Source of the DNA: an uncultured Candidatus Binatia bacterium
GTDB taxonomy: Bacteria; Desulfobacterota; Binatia; Bin18
Direction: 5' to 3'
Length of the DNA stretch: 64,000 bases
Assembly: GCA_965247985.1 (NCBI GenBank)
Contig: OZ252051.1
Coordinates: forward strand, 3,973,045-4,037,044
Both the position numbers and the translations under genes were made by a program. The notes beneath the pieces were generated by a model. That model had not been told where the DNA came from. It worked only from the letters and a program-made list of their open reading frames with translations, and searched no databases. Shown here one piece after another: positions 8,120 through 18,501 of the stretch (position 1 is its first letter; every line of letters starts with the position of its first letter).

Positions 8120-9571
8120 CTATTTTCTCTTTTTACCCTGCTGCAAGAGATCTCCCAGGCTGAGCCCGAACCCCGACTGCTGTTGCGTTGAAGCCAGGTA
8201 GGCTTGTGTTTCAGCCTGCTCTTCATGTGTGCGTGCCTTGGTGCGAGACAGGCGGATACGCCTCCCCCCTTCTTCGACTGCCAGTACGGCAACCTTCACT
8301 TCAGTTCCAGGAGGAAACTCTTTGCGGTGATCTGCTCCACGCGGCGTCCCCATCTCCGCATTCGGAATCAGTCCAGTCTTCCCAGGACCGAGCCGGACAA
8401 AGACCCCAAACGACTCAACCCGCTCAACCGTTCCAGTGACAACCGTTCCGGTCGTCAGGTCCATCTCCTCGGCTCGGTCGCCTGGAGCGAACCCTTCCGG
8501 GGCTAGGGCCAGGGCAATGCGCCGCTTGTCAGGGTCAATCGTTAAAATAAGAACGGTCACTTCCTCGTTGGTCGCGGCCGCCTCCTTCAATACCCCCTGT
8601 TGGCTACGTGGAATTTCACTCACGTGCAGCAGCCCGTCAACGCCGGGCAAGAGTTCGACAAAGACGCCAAAGTCCGTCATCCGAACCAGACGGCCGCTCA
8701 CCACCTGGCGTTCACGCAGCTGCTCGATCGCTGCCGTCCACGGGTCATCTTCAAGAGCTTTCAGACTCAGCGCAACCTTACCGGTTTCCGCATCAACTTT
8801 GAGCACTTTGACTGTGACCGCTTCGTCAACGCTGAGTCGGTCGGCCGGTGTGCCCAGCCGTGAATACGAAATCTCAGAGATGTGTACCAAGCCCTGTACT
8901 CCCCCAAGGTCAATAAATGCGCCGAAATTTGTTAAGGAGGCCACCGTCCCCGGCAGCACCGCGTCTGGAATCAATTTCCGGCGGGTCTCTTGCGCGGCCT
9001 GTTCGGCCCGCTCTTCTAAAAGTCGACGCCGCGAGAGGACAATATTGCGCCCGTTTTCGCTGTATTGGGTCACATAGAACTCAAGGGTTTGGTCAAGGAA
9101 GACTTCCGCCGCATCCGGGCGGTGGAGTCCCATCTGAGAGAAGGGACAAAAGGCACGCAGCCCGGCGACCGTCACTTCGTAGCCGCCTTTGGTCTCACGA
9201 GTCACCGTGCCTTCAACCGGCAAGCGCTGCTCTACCGTCAGGGCCAAGCGCTGTCGGGCGTGGGCCCCCTTGAGCAATTTCTTTGACAGCCGCAGCTCTC
9301 CCTCTGTTGAGAGAACCGTTGCTTCCACTTCGTCTCCAACCGTAATGTCAAGCTCGCCGTGCTCATTTTCGAGCTCTGCACGGTCAATGATCCCCTCGCC
9401 TTTATCCCGGACATCAATAAAGACACTATCCGCACCAATGAGAACGACTCGGCCCTTCACAACCTGGCCACTGCTCAGCGCAGGTCCGGTCTGTTCATGT
9501 TCGAGTAGGGCGGCAAAGCTCTCTTCAGTCACCGCCTCTTCAGGGGGCGATGGGCCCGTCTCTTCCCTCAT
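8120..9571 (-). CDS. rpsA: 30S ribosomal protein S1 (multiple S1 domains)
   Basis: Repeated S1 motifs (G.VV.G.V......FIDVG..GEGI; GLVHISEIS; GLLHVSEI). Start chosen at MREETGP (9571). The track ORF extends to 9697 inside glnE. Confidence 0.9.
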   Translation of the reverse strand: MREETGPSPPEEAVTEESFAALLEHEQTGPALSSGQVVKGRVVLIGADSVFIDVRDKGEGIIDRAELENEHGELDITVGDEVEATVLSTEGELRLSKKLLKGAHARQRLALTVEQRLPVEGTVTRETKGGYEVTVAGLRAFCPFSQMGLHRPDAAEVFLDQTLEFYVTQYSENGRNIVLSRRRLLEERAEQAAQETRRKLIPDAVLPGTVASLTNFGAFIDLGGVQGLVHISEISYSRLGTPADRLSVDEAVTVKVLKVDAETGKVALSLKALEDDPWTAAIEQLRERQVVSGRLVRMTDFGVFVELLPGVDGLLHVSEIPRSQQGVLKEAAATNEEVTVLILTIDPDKRRIALALAPEGFAPGDRAEEMDLTTGTVVTGTVERVESFGVFVRLGPGKTGLIPNAEMGTPRGADHRKEFPPGTEVKVAVLAVEEGGRRIRLSRTKARTHEEQAETQAYLASTQQQSGFGLSLGDLLQQGKKRK

Positions 9572-12500
9572 GCAAATCTCCCTGTTCTCTTTCAAACAAC
9601 CGGCTATAGCACGCCCGGATCGTTTCCCGCTGCGTGTGGTATTCGGCCAATACACGCGAACCCGCCTCAGCCCCGTCGTAGCCCATCCGCCGGGCAAGTG
9701 CCGTCAACTGCTCAGCATTGCTTTCCAGCGCCTCAACGGGCTGGTCTCGTTCGAGGCGCAGCCGATTTTCCAGCTTACGCAGGAACTGGTAGCCCAGCCT
9801 GAGCATCCGACTCTCTTCACCAGAGAGTATCTGATATACGCTCAAGGCCTCCAGGGCAGCAAGTGTATTCCTATGCCGCAGTGCCGGAAAGCCATGACCA
9901 TAGCGGAGCTGCAACATCTGTACAAGAAACTCAATGTCCACAAGACCACCCCGACCAGTTTTAATATTAAATCGCTCGGTCGTCTCCCCGGCTAACTCGG
10001 ATTCCATCCGTCCGCGCAAGCGCTGAATTTCGGCAACATCGGCAGCCAGAATTGGGCCGTTATAGACGCAGCGCTCAAACAAGGCATTGACCTGAGCGGC
10101 AAGGGCGCTATCGCCCGCCACTGCGCGCGCCTTAATGAGCGCTTGCCGTTCCCACAGTTGCGCCTGGCTGTGATGGTAGCGGGTAAAGGCTGCCACAGAA
10201 GACACCAGGGAACCCGCGCGGCCAGAGGGACGCAAGCGGGTGTCAATTGTATACACCGCGCCCTCACGCGTTTGGATCTGGAGAATGGAAATCAGGCGCT
10301 GTACCAGCTTGGCAAAGATTTCTTGCGCCACGAGGTCTGCCCCATCCTGCTCATCCGGTGATGATGGATTTGGCTCATACAGGAAGATGAGATCCAGGTC
10401 CGAATTATAGTTCAACTCGCGCGCGCCCAGTTTTCCCATGCCCACGATGACAATCCGGCCAGGCAGGTCTGTCCGCTCCAATTTCTCCAACAAGGCCGAC
10501 CGGGCGGTCTCGTACGCCCCCTGGAGACAGGTCTCCGCAAGGTCTGACAGTTGGGCACTCACGGACGGGAAATCAAGCTGTCCGTTGGTGTCGTTAATGC
10601 CAATACGCAGAAACTCCTCACTCCGATATTCACGTAAAATATCAAGTCGGTCCTCAAGTTCTGGAGCACCCTCAATCCGAGCCATCAACTCGTCTTGCAT
10701 CCGCTCTTGAGACTTATACACGTGGACCAGGTCGGCCCGGACCAGACTGTCGAGTAATTCCGGTCGTCGTAAAAAGATTCGGGACAGGTAGGGACTACTT
10801 CCAAACAGACCAATGAGCGTTTGCAGCGTCTGTGGATTCTCACGCAATAACGATAAAAAGTTCGACCGGGCGCCAATCGACGCAACCAAATCCGCCATAT
10901 AGGCTAACGCCTGATCCGGATCTGCCGCTCGACACACTTCATGGAAGAGTGTGGGAGCAAGGGCGTACAATAGCTTTCTCCGTCTTGGCGAGGCGGGGGC
11001 ATACGGAGGGCCATCGTGCAGCAAACGCAGGCGCTCATACGTATGTGTCAGGTCACGAAACCCAAGTCGCTTCAGACATTGCTTGGTCCGCTCAGGGTGC
11101 TGCAACTCGTGGAAAAGTGCTTCAATGACCGCTTGCTCTCCAGTTTCGTCAGCCTCGGAGCTCTCTTCAGGACTGTGGAAAAGAGAGCGGAAAATCGTGT
11201 GGACCGCATGCGTATGATCCTGGAGAGTCGTCAGAAATACGGCGTCTTCTTCGGCCTCGGCCGTGCCCCCAATACGCAGGCGACGCGCCAAGGCCCGCAT
11301 TTCTTCTTCAGACCCAGGCAGCGTATGCGTTTGGCGGTCGTGCACCACTTGTAGCTTGTGCTCGACATGACGCAAGAAGCGATAGGCTGCTGCCAGGGCA
11401 TCTCGATCCGAGGCGATGAGATAGGCACCCTCAACCAAACGGTCGAGGGCATCCAGCGTGTTACGCCCCAGGACGCGCGGGTCTTTTCCGGCATGGATGA
11501 GTTGCAAGACTTGGGTCACAAATTCAACCTCTCGGATGCCACCCCGACCGAGCTTCACATTCAGCCGCTCTCGGTCGGCCCGGCGCAGCGAGCGCTCGAT
11601 CCGCGTCTTCAGGTCCTCCATATCCTCGACCATGCTGAAGTCGAGGTAGCGGCGCAGGATAAACGGTGCGACTTCACGCAAAAAGCGCTCGCCCAACACT
11701 CGCTCGCCGGCAATGGGCCGCGCTTTGAGCAGAGCGATACGTTCCCAGGTTTGGCCCCAAGACTCATAATACAATATTGTATTTGCTAGAGAATTGACAA
11801 TCTGGCCATTCGTCCCGTCCGGCCGCAGGCGAAGGTCAACCCGGAAGACAAAACCACCGGCACCAGAGGTGCTGAGGGCCTGGGTGAGATGCTGGGCAAG
11901 CTCGGTAAAATAGGTCCGTGTGTCAACCTGGCCCTTGCTTCCAGCAGTGGTGAGGCCGGCATCACATTCGTATAGATAGATGAGGTCGATGTCCGAACTG
12001 AAATTGAGTTCTTCTCCCCCGAGTTTACCCATACCAAAAACGACGAAGGCAATCGGGCGCTTATCTCCAGCCTCTTCATCCGTTTCAATCAGGGCCTCAC
12101 CGTAGTCCCGCTCCATTCTTGCCCGCGTATATTCGTACGCAATCTGAACCGCGGCATCGGCCAGCGCGCTCAAGTCGCGCGTCGTCTCTTCGAGGGACGC
12201 ACGGGCGAGCAGGTCTCGCGTTCCAATCCGCAGATATTCACGATTGCGGTAAGCGCGCAGCCGGTGTAAAAAATCGTCTTCCGCCAGATCAAGAGGGAGG
12301 GCGGCGCGACACGCCTGGAGGTGGGTCAGCGTCGATTTTTCCTCAGCGCTGCGATCGGCCAAAAAAACTGCCTCCCAGTCTTGTCCCTGGTGAACCAACA
12401 CATTCGTGAGATGCTGACTTGCCCCCAAAAGAAACAGCAGGTCGCGGGACAGCTCAGCACAATGAAGGACGACGCCCGTCCCAAACCCATGTTCTAATAT

Positions 12501-12638
12501 ACGGCTCAGATTAGCCGCGGCTAAAGATGGGTCTGGAGCCTGCGCAACTCCAGCGACAATATGCTTCCAGGAAGGAGTCAGCTTCTCCCGCAGCGCAAGG
12601 AGGGGACGGAGAATATCGGGGGAAACGTCACTGGGCAT
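9540..12638 (-). CDS. glnE: Bifunctional glutamine synthetase adenylyltransferase / adenylyl-removing enzyme GlnE
   Basis: Two nucleotidyltransferase modules (FVVFGMGKLGGEELNFSSDIDLIYLY and IVIVGMGKLGARELNYNSDLDLIFLY), each followed by a GlnE-type helical domain. Start taken at MPSDVSPD (12638) to avoid overlap with the upstream gene. Confidence 0.9.
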   Translation of the reverse strand: MPSDVSPDILRPLLALREKLTPSWKHIVAGVAQAPDPSLAAANLSRILEHGFGTGVVLHCAELSRDLLFLLGASQHLTNVLVHQGQDWEAVFLADRSAEEKSTLTHLQACRAALPLDLAEDDFLHRLRAYRNREYLRIGTRDLLARASLEETTRDLSALADAAVQIAYEYTRARMERDYGEALIETDEEAGDKRPIAFVVFGMGKLGGEELNFSSDIDLIYLYECDAGLTTAGSKGQVDTRTYFTELAQHLTQALSTSGAGGFVFRVDLRLRPDGTNGQIVNSLANTILYYESWGQTWERIALLKARPIAGERVLGERFLREVAPFILRRYLDFSMVEDMEDLKTRIERSLRRADRERLNVKLGRGGIREVEFVTQVLQLIHAGKDPRVLGRNTLDALDRLVEGAYLIASDRDALAAAYRFLRHVEHKLQVVHDRQTHTLPGSEEEMRALARRLRIGGTAEAEEDAVFLTTLQDHTHAVHTIFRSLFHSPEESSEADETGEQAVIEALFHELQHPERTKQCLKRLGFRDLTHTYERLRLLHDGPPYAPASPRRRKLLYALAPTLFHEVCRAADPDQALAYMADLVASIGARSNFLSLLRENPQTLQTLIGLFGSSPYLSRIFLRRPELLDSLVRADLVHVYKSQERMQDELMARIEGAPELEDRLDILREYRSEEFLRIGINDTNGQLDFPSVSAQLSDLAETCLQGAYETARSALLEKLERTDLPGRIVIVGMGKLGARELNYNSDLDLIFLYEPNPSSPDEQDGADLVAQEIFAKLVQRLISILQIQTREGAVYTIDTRLRPSGRAGSLVSSVAAFTRYHHSQAQLWERQALIKARAVAGDSALAAQVNALFERCVYNGPILAADVAEIQRLRGRMESELAGETTERFNIKTGRGGLVDIEFLVQMLQLRYGHGFPALRHRNTLAALEALSVYQILSGEESRMLRLGYQFLRKLENRLRLERDQPVEALESNAEQLTALARRMGYDGAEAGSRVLAEYHTQRETIRACYSRLFEREQGDLHEGRDGPIAP

Positions 12639-12678
12639 TGATTCTGAACCATCGTCAGAAAGAGAGGGGACTGTAAAC

Positions 12679-12709
12679 ACAGAGGGACACGGCAGCCGTG
12701 TCCCTCTGT
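12679..12709 (-). terminator. 13-bp perfect stem-loop between the 204-aa gene and glnE
   Basis: acagagggacacg-gcagc-cgtgtccctctgt. It lies 30 nt after the stop at 12739. Only a weak T-tract follows on the minus strand. Confidence 0.45.
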
Positions 12710-12738
12710 CAGTGGATACGAATGAAAAGATGCGACCG

Positions 12739-13353
12739 CTAGGCGGCTTTGGGCGCACTGAGCATCTCACACGACTCCATGAGCCATTTGATGCTCGACA
12801 TTTCGTCGTCAATGATGGTCCGCAGGAGTTCTTTGGTCTGCTGATCAGCCTGAATCTGATCGATAGAATCGGTCAGCGGCCTCAATGCGGCCTCGGGGTC
12901 TTTGAGCAACTCGGCAATGGATTGGAGTTTTTCCACATCAGTTTTCTCTTTTGATGTAAAGAAAGGCAGCTCTTTATCCCGCCGCTCGGCCGGGACCGTG
13001 CACTGCGGGTCCCCCCCCAGCTCGCGCAGCCGGGCTTCCAAGAGGTGGGCGTGAAAGGCTTCGCGTTGCTGAATCGTTTGCAAGCCGCCCTTCACACAGG
13101 CCTGGTCACTGACCTCAATCCAGCCGTTGAGATATTCGGCTGCAAAGTTCTCTCCACACCGGAACTCGTCCAACAACGCGAGAATCATGTCTTTCTCTGT
13201 GGCGTGACTTATCCCGTTGTAGGTATAGGCCGCGGCCCCATTCTCCTGGCCGTTGGACAGTTCATTCATCTGTTCCTCGAACAGCGCGTCCGAGATAACG
13301 CCCTTGCGATATGCCTTGAGGAGTTGGCGTACTTCGAAATCTGCGTGTGACAT
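12739..13353 (-). CDS. Hypothetical protein, possibly ferritin-like four-helix fold
   Basis: 204 aa, helical, with E/H-rich pairs (CGENFAAEYL; QQREAFHAHLLEARL; DDEMSSIKWL). The assignment is tentative. Confidence 0.45.
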   Translation of the reverse strand: MSHADFEVRQLLKAYRKGVISDALFEEQMNELSNGQENGAAAYTYNGISHATEKDMILALLDEFRCGENFAAEYLNGWIEVSDQACVKGGLQTIQQREAFHAHLLEARLRELGGDPQCTVPAERRDKELPFFTSKEKTDVEKLQSIAELLKDPEAALRPLTDSIDQIQADQQTKELLRTIIDDEMSSIKWLMESCEMLSAPKAA

Positions 13354-13553
13354 GGTGTTTTTCTCCTTTCACCCTTTTTCCTGATAGATACACGATACAT
13401 AGCAGATGTGGTGGGGGCTGTGTCAACTTCGTCTGTTCAGAGTTTAGGCAGTCCTGTCTTTCAGGTGCCACTCTTCTAAGCAGCATCTTCATACCATCTT
13501 CCAAAAAAAGAAAAACTTCTTTGGTTTCTCTAGGGTTTCCTCCTGTACGAAAT

Positions 13554-13569
13554 TGGCATCAGCTTTGCT
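13554..13569 (+). promoter_or_regulatory. Sigma-54 (-24/-12) promoter candidate upstream of porin-glnB-amtB
   Basis: TGGCATcagctTTGCT. GG-N10-GC spacing is exact. It ends about 70 nt upstream of the ATG at 13638. Confidence 0.6.
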
Positions 13570-13637
13570 CATTTGATTATATAGGAATGTCCCAATACAG
13601 AATCCAAGGGGCATATTTTTATCTAAGGGGGTAATGC

Positions 13638-15041
13638 ATGAAGAGATTTATTAGCGTTGCGGCTCTCGGGGTTGCGTTGGTGGTTGGGGGGAGCGTGAAC
13701 GCTTGGGCTGACTCGCATGAGATGCAGGAAATGCTGCAGAAAATGCAACAGCGGATCGATGAGCTGGAAGGTGAGATGAGCCGTATGAAAGAAGGCTCTG
13801 GGGAAAGTGGCGAGGGGGGGGCCGGGGTTATGGACCTCACCAGCCGAGTGGAGGCCCTGGAAGGCGACGTGCTCGGGCTCAACGGCTTTCAATTCGGCGG
13901 CTTGATGTACGGGTCGTACAACTACAACTTCAACAGCCCGGACTCGGGTAGCAACAATATGCGCATCTTTGACCAGAACCACAACGACTTCACCATGGAT
14001 TTGTTGCAACTCGAAGTGTCCAAAGAAACCGAGAGCGGCATCGGCTTCCATGCCGTACTGGACTATGGTGAGACCGCCGGCCTGATTCAGTCTGACTGGG
14101 GCGGCAGTTCCGACTGCGGCACCGGTGGATATCCGGTCTCTGCGCCCTTTGGGGAGCTCGTGGGGATTTCTGCCGGTGGCGACCCGGTTGTTGTAACAGA
14201 GACGGGCGAGCCGGTCGGAGCCGGTCGGAGCAGACGTATCAATCTGGACTGCGGCAACGGCTTGGCTCACAACTTTGAGATTCAGCAGGCCTATATGACC
14301 TACACCTTTGGAATCGGAAATGGCATCGAGATGAAGTTCGGAAAGTTCGCCACGCTGCTGGGCGGCGAGGTGATCGAATCGCCCTATAATCCCAATGTGT
14401 CGCGCTCCTTCATGTTCGGCTACGCCATTCCGCTCACGCACACTGGGGTGCTGTTCTCCACGGCCCTCAACGACAATATCAGCCTGACAGCCGGCATCGT
14501 GAACGGCTGGGACAATGTGAGGGATAACAACAACGGCAAGACCTTTCTCGGGAGTTTAGGTCTGGAATTCGGCGACTTGGCCTGGACCTTCAACGGCGTC
14601 TTTGGGGCCGAGGATGACGATAGCGGCAGCTCCAAGACGGGCGTGTTTGATACGGTCCTGACCTATTCACCCATGGACAACGTTGACCTGCTGGCCAACT
14701 TCGACTACGGCACGGCCTCGGAACAGGTGGACGGAGATGACGCAAACTGGACCGGGCTGTCGGGCATCGTGACCCTGGGCGGCGGTCTGCTGGGCGAGGG
14801 CTTGGCCGACTGGTCTTTTGCGCTGCGCGGCGAGTGGTTCTCTGACCCGGACGGCTACCGGACCGGCATTGAGCAGGACCTGCGGGAAGTCACCGGCACC
14901 TTCAAATGGCAGATGACGGAGAACATGCAGGCCCGCTTGGAGTTCCGCCACGACTGGTCGAACAAAGATGTATTCAACGACGGCGGCAGCTACACGGATG
15001 ACCAGGACTCGATGATTCTGGAGTTCGCCTACCTCATGTAA
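13638..15041 (+). CDS. Outer-membrane beta-barrel porin (OmpL/BBP2-like) with N-terminal coiled coil
   Basis: Signal peptide MKRFISVAALGVALVVGGSVNAWA, coiled coil (EMLQKMQQRIDELEGEMSRMKE), then alternating beta-strand pattern (QQAYMTYTF, IEMKFGKFATLLGGE, FALRGEWFSD, ARLEFRHDWS). Confidence 0.7.
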   Translation: MKRFISVAALGVALVVGGSVNAWADSHEMQEMLQKMQQRIDELEGEMSRMKEGSGESGEGGAGVMDLTSRVEALEGDVLGLNGFQFGGLMYGSYNYNFNSPDSGSNNMRIFDQNHNDFTMDLLQLEVSKETESGIGFHAVLDYGETAGLIQSDWGGSSDCGTGGYPVSAPFGELVGISAGGDPVVVTETGEPVGAGRSRRINLDCGNGLAHNFEIQQAYMTYTFGIGNGIEMKFGKFATLLGGEVIESPYNPNVSRSFMFGYAIPLTHTGVLFSTALNDNISLTAGIVNGWDNVRDNNNGKTFLGSLGLEFGDLAWTFNGVFGAEDDDSGSSKTGVFDTVLTYSPMDNVDLLANFDYGTASEQVDGDDANWTGLSGIVTLGGGLLGEGLADWSFALRGEWFSDPDGYRTGIEQDLREVTGTFKWQMTENMQARLEFRHDWSNKDVFNDGGSYTDDQDSMILEFAYLM

Positions 15042-15407
<366 letters not shown>

Positions 15408-15415
15408 ACGGTAAC

Positions 15416-15469
15416 AATGAGTAAACGTGCCCTCCAACAGACATGCAGATGTTGGCACGTTTACTCATT
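15416..15469 (+). promoter_or_regulatory. Perfect 16-bp inverted repeat (stem-loop, 22-nt loop) in the glnB-amtB spacer
   Basis: aatgagtaaacgtgcc (15416-15431) and ggcacgtttactcatt (15454-15469). It starts 9 nt after the glnB stop. No U-tract follows. Confidence 0.6.
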
Positions 15470-15650
15470 TCGTGTCGGGGCTCTGATGTTGTGAGGGCAA
15501 TATCGATAAGGAGCCCTGGCATGACAACCAGAAACATCGAGAATATCAAATCGAATCAGGCTGTAATTCTCGATACTGCTGTGGGGCAAAATGGGGCATC
15601 TCAACACGTAGGTATGAAGGAATGGTATCGCACGACATAAGGAGGTTGGG

Positions 15651-17093
15651 ATGAAACGTTTACTCGCTTTGGGGTCACTCGCCACGTTTGGCATCGGGCT
15701 GCTTGCACCGCTCGCCTTTGCCGAGGACGCACCACAGTACAAAGATTACGCAGAATTTGCGGCTTCACAGGGTTTTGCCCTGTTCACTGCACATAACTTG
15801 TGGATGATGATAGCGGCGGCGCTCGTGTTCGTCATGCACCTTGGTTTTGCCACCCTGGAGTCAGGTCTGACGCAATCCAAGAATACCGTTAATATCCTAT
15901 TCAAAAATACCTTTGTCATCTGCATCGGCATTCTTACCTACGCGCTGTGTGGGTTTAATCTGATGTATCCAGGTTTTGCCGAAGACTCTGCCGGCTGGTT
16001 TGCGTTTGCGGGGTTTGGCGTTGAGGTGATGGACGAAGTGGCTTCACAGACCAGTCTGTACAGTGAGGGCTATACCTATTGGACAGACTTTCTCTTCCAA
16101 GCCATGTTTGCTGCCACTGCCGCTACCATCGTATCCGGAGCCGTTGCCGAACGTATTAAGCTGTCCTCTTTCATGGTGTTTGCAACTCTCTTTGTAGCGA
16201 TCTCCTATCCCATCACCGGTAGTTGGAAGTGGGGCGCGGGCTGGCTGGATATGATGGAAACGCCCTTTTATGACTTTGCCGGATCAACCATAGTCCATTC
16301 AGTTGGTGGTTGGGGAGCCTTGGCCGGTGCCATCCTACTTGGCCCCCGGATGGGGAAATATCTCCCAGATGGCCGTATTCGACCCATTTTGCCCAGCAAT
16401 ATGCCGCTTGCCACTATTGGCGTCTTCTTGCTGTGGCTGGGTTGGTTTGGATTTAATGGCGGTTCCGTCCTTTCAGGCGATCCCAATCTCGTTTCTTTAA
16501 CCCTGGTCACGACCTGTATTGCAGCCTCGGCCGGTGGTGTGAGCGCGATGGCAACCTCTTGGATACTCCTCCAAAAGCCGGACCTATCCATGGCCTTAAA
16601 CGGGATTCTCGCCGGCCTCGTCGGTATTACCGCTGGTGCAGATCAAATGGCAGCCATGTCAGCCACACTGATAGGCTTGATCGCAGGAGCCTTGGTGGTC
16701 AGCTCGGTCCTTTTCTTTGACAAAATCAAGATCGACGACCCGGTCGGCGCCATCTCCGTCCACCTCACCTGTGGCATCTGGGGAACCCTGGCCGTCGGCA
16801 TTTTCGGTAACTCGGCCGGTGGTGCGCAGCTCGTCAGTCAGGCCATCGGTATCGTCGCAATTGGTATCTTTACCTTTACGTTTGCCTTTATCCTTTTCAG
16901 CATCATTAAGACCACCATGGGACTCCGGGTCTCGCCGGAAGAAGAGTCCGAGGGCTTGGATGTTGGCGAGCATGGCAACGTGGCATACGGAACCTCTCAG
17001 ATGTTCTCCTCAGGGGGTTCGACTATGGGTATGGCCAGCCAGCAATCGATGCTAGCAGAACCAATTCCACGTCTCCGTACCGAGGAGGCATAA
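15651..17093 (+). CDS. amtB: Ammonium transporter AmtB
   Basis: 480 aa with signal peptide. Conserved Amt motifs (FATLESG, DFAGSTIVHSVGGWGALAG, LWLGWFGFNGGS, VHLTCGIWGTLAVG). Confidence 0.95.
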   Translation: MKRLLALGSLATFGIGLLAPLAFAEDAPQYKDYAEFAASQGFALFTAHNLWMMIAAALVFVMHLGFATLESGLTQSKNTVNILFKNTFVICIGILTYALCGFNLMYPGFAEDSAGWFAFAGFGVEVMDEVASQTSLYSEGYTYWTDFLFQAMFAATAATIVSGAVAERIKLSSFMVFATLFVAISYPITGSWKWGAGWLDMMETPFYDFAGSTIVHSVGGWGALAGAILLGPRMGKYLPDGRIRPILPSNMPLATIGVFLLWLGWFGFNGGSVLSGDPNLVSLTLVTTCIAASAGGVSAMATSWILLQKPDLSMALNGILAGLVGITAGADQMAAMSATLIGLIAGALVVSSVLFFDKIKIDDPVGAISVHLTCGIWGTLAVGIFGNSAGGAQLVSQAIGIVAIGIFTFTFAFILFSIIKTTMGLRVSPEEESEGLDVGEHGNVAYGTSQMFSSGGSTMGMASQQSMLAEPIPRLRTEEA

Positions 17094-17098
17094 CCACC

Positions 17099-17127
17099 AA
17101 GCAGGACGGGAACCTCCCGTCCTGCTT
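17099..17127 (+). terminator. 13-bp stem-loop just after the amtB stop
   Basis: aagcaggacggga-acc-tcccgtcctgctt. It starts 6 nt after TAA. The 3' tail is not strongly T-rich. Confidence 0.5.
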
Positions 17128-17246
17128 CCACTCCAATCGGACACCCTTGGGGATATGGCTCTCACCATATTCTTTACTCGGTCCCATTGAGAGAGGTCGC
17201 TACGGCCCAGGCAAAGCCGATACAGCCATTCTAACCCCCAACCACC

Positions 17247-18497
17247 ATGAGCAGCAGGATGAATACGCGCCAGGGACATCTCGAAGAACGGCTCGAAGCG
17301 CTGTTCACCGTTGGGGCTGAAATCTCATCAACCTTACAATTGGAAGAAGTGCTCCAGCGTATTGTTGCCCATGCCCGTCGTCTCATGGCTGCGCGCGTAT
17401 CCTCGATCCTCCTCCTGAATCCCGAAGAAGGCACGCTACGTCCCGCAGCCACCGAGGGGGCGAGCGAAGAATACCTCGCCCAGCCAGCACGCGAGGTAGC
17501 CACCAGTCTGACCGGGGAAGTGATCAAAACCGGCCAGCCGCTGTACGCGCCGGATGTTCGGAAAGAAACACGCTACCGCGTGGCAGACTTGGCCCGACGT
17601 GAGGGACTGTGCTCACTGCTCTCCGTTCCGCTGCGGACCAAGACTGATATTATCGGCGTGCTGAATGTCTATACTACAGAACCGCGTAGTTTTGAGGAGA
17701 GTGACGTCCGGCTGCTGACCTTGCTCGCCAGCCAATCCGCCATTGCCATAGAAAATGCCACCCTCTATCGGGAAGAAATGCAGGCCAGAGAACAGCTGCG
17801 TCAATCTGAGAAATTGGCCGCTCTGGGCAAGCTGTCCGCAGGACTGGCCCATGAACTGCGCAACCCGCTGAATACGGTCAGCATGTTGATCTACGCCATG
17901 GCCCAGGACCATGCCCAGAAGTATCAGGGGGAGTATCCGCGAGGCCAAGCCCTGCCGAACGGGCTGTCCGATGATCTCAATATTGTCCAGGGCGAGTTGC
18001 AACGCATCCAACTCCTCCTCGATCAGTTTCTGGAATTTGCCGGACCGCGTCCGCCGCATTTTCAACGCGAACGACTCCAGGAAGTCATGGAAGAAACCCT
18101 TCTTTTGATTGGTCCGGAGGCGCGCGTGCGTGCGGTCGTCATCCGCAAGGATTGGGCCGACGATCTCCCCTTGGCCTGGGTTGACGGGGCCCAGATCAAG
18201 CAGGTGTTTTTGAACCTCTTGCTCAATGCCATTCAGGCCATGCCACACGGCGGGACACTGACCATTCACATCGGAGTCGGTGGCGGCAGCCTCCAGGTCT
18301 CCATTGCTGACCAAGGTGAAGGAATCTCGCCACAGGTTCGGACACAGCTCTTTGACCCGTTTTTTACGACCAAAGAAGGCGGCACCGGGCTCGGGTTGTC
18401 CATATCGCAGCGCATTATTGAGGGCCATAACGGCCGACTGCGCCTCTTCTCTCAGCCAGGAACAGGAACAACGGTTTGCATACGCCTTCCACTCTAG
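17247..18497 (+). CDS. Cytoplasmic GAF-domain sensor histidine kinase
   Basis: N-terminal GAF region, H-box LSAGLAHELRNPLN, and N/G boxes (LLNAIQAM, DQGEGI, GTGLGLS). No TM segments. Confidence 0.85.
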   Translation: MSSRMNTRQGHLEERLEALFTVGAEISSTLQLEEVLQRIVAHARRLMAARVSSILLLNPEEGTLRPAATEGASEEYLAQPAREVATSLTGEVIKTGQPLYAPDVRKETRYRVADLARREGLCSLLSVPLRTKTDIIGVLNVYTTEPRSFEESDVRLLTLLASQSAIAIENATLYREEMQAREQLRQSEKLAALGKLSAGLAHELRNPLNTVSMLIYAMAQDHAQKYQGEYPRGQALPNGLSDDLNIVQGELQRIQLLLDQFLEFAGPRPPHFQRERLQEVMEETLLLIGPEARVRAVVIRKDWADDLPLAWVDGAQIKQVFLNLLLNAIQAMPHGGTLTIHIGVGGGSLQVSIADQGEGISPQVRTQLFDPFFTTKEGGTGLGLSISQRIIEGHNGRLRLFSQPGTGTTVCIRLPL

Positions 18498-18501
18498 CCA
18501 T

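Noticed and set aside
14209-14232. 10-bp tandem duplication gagccggtcg x2.4 inside the porin gene as a frameshift scar
   Set aside because: Porin-family similarity is in frame on both sides. The repeat lies in a Gly/Pro-rich surface-loop region and is most simply coincidental or a tolerated slippage.
15453-15470. TGGCAC upstream of amtB as a fourth sigma-54 promoter
   Set aside because: Ten nucleotides after the GG the sequence is CA, not GC. The motif is simply the right arm of the 16-bp inverted repeat.
15470-15650. Possible glutamine (glnA-type) riboswitch in the glnB-amtB spacer (GTAGG...GAAGGAA)
   Set aside because: There is only a loose resemblance to the ACGGAAGUAGG / AAGGAACGC core. 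I could not draw the P1 pairing CGUUC/GAACG. This needs a covariance-model scan before any claim.
18280-18501. N-terminal 74-codon extension of the sigma-54 activator ORF
   Set aside because: It overlaps the 3' end of the histidine kinase in another frame. The receiver domain begins at MEKILIVDDE (18502), 5 nt after the kinase stop.
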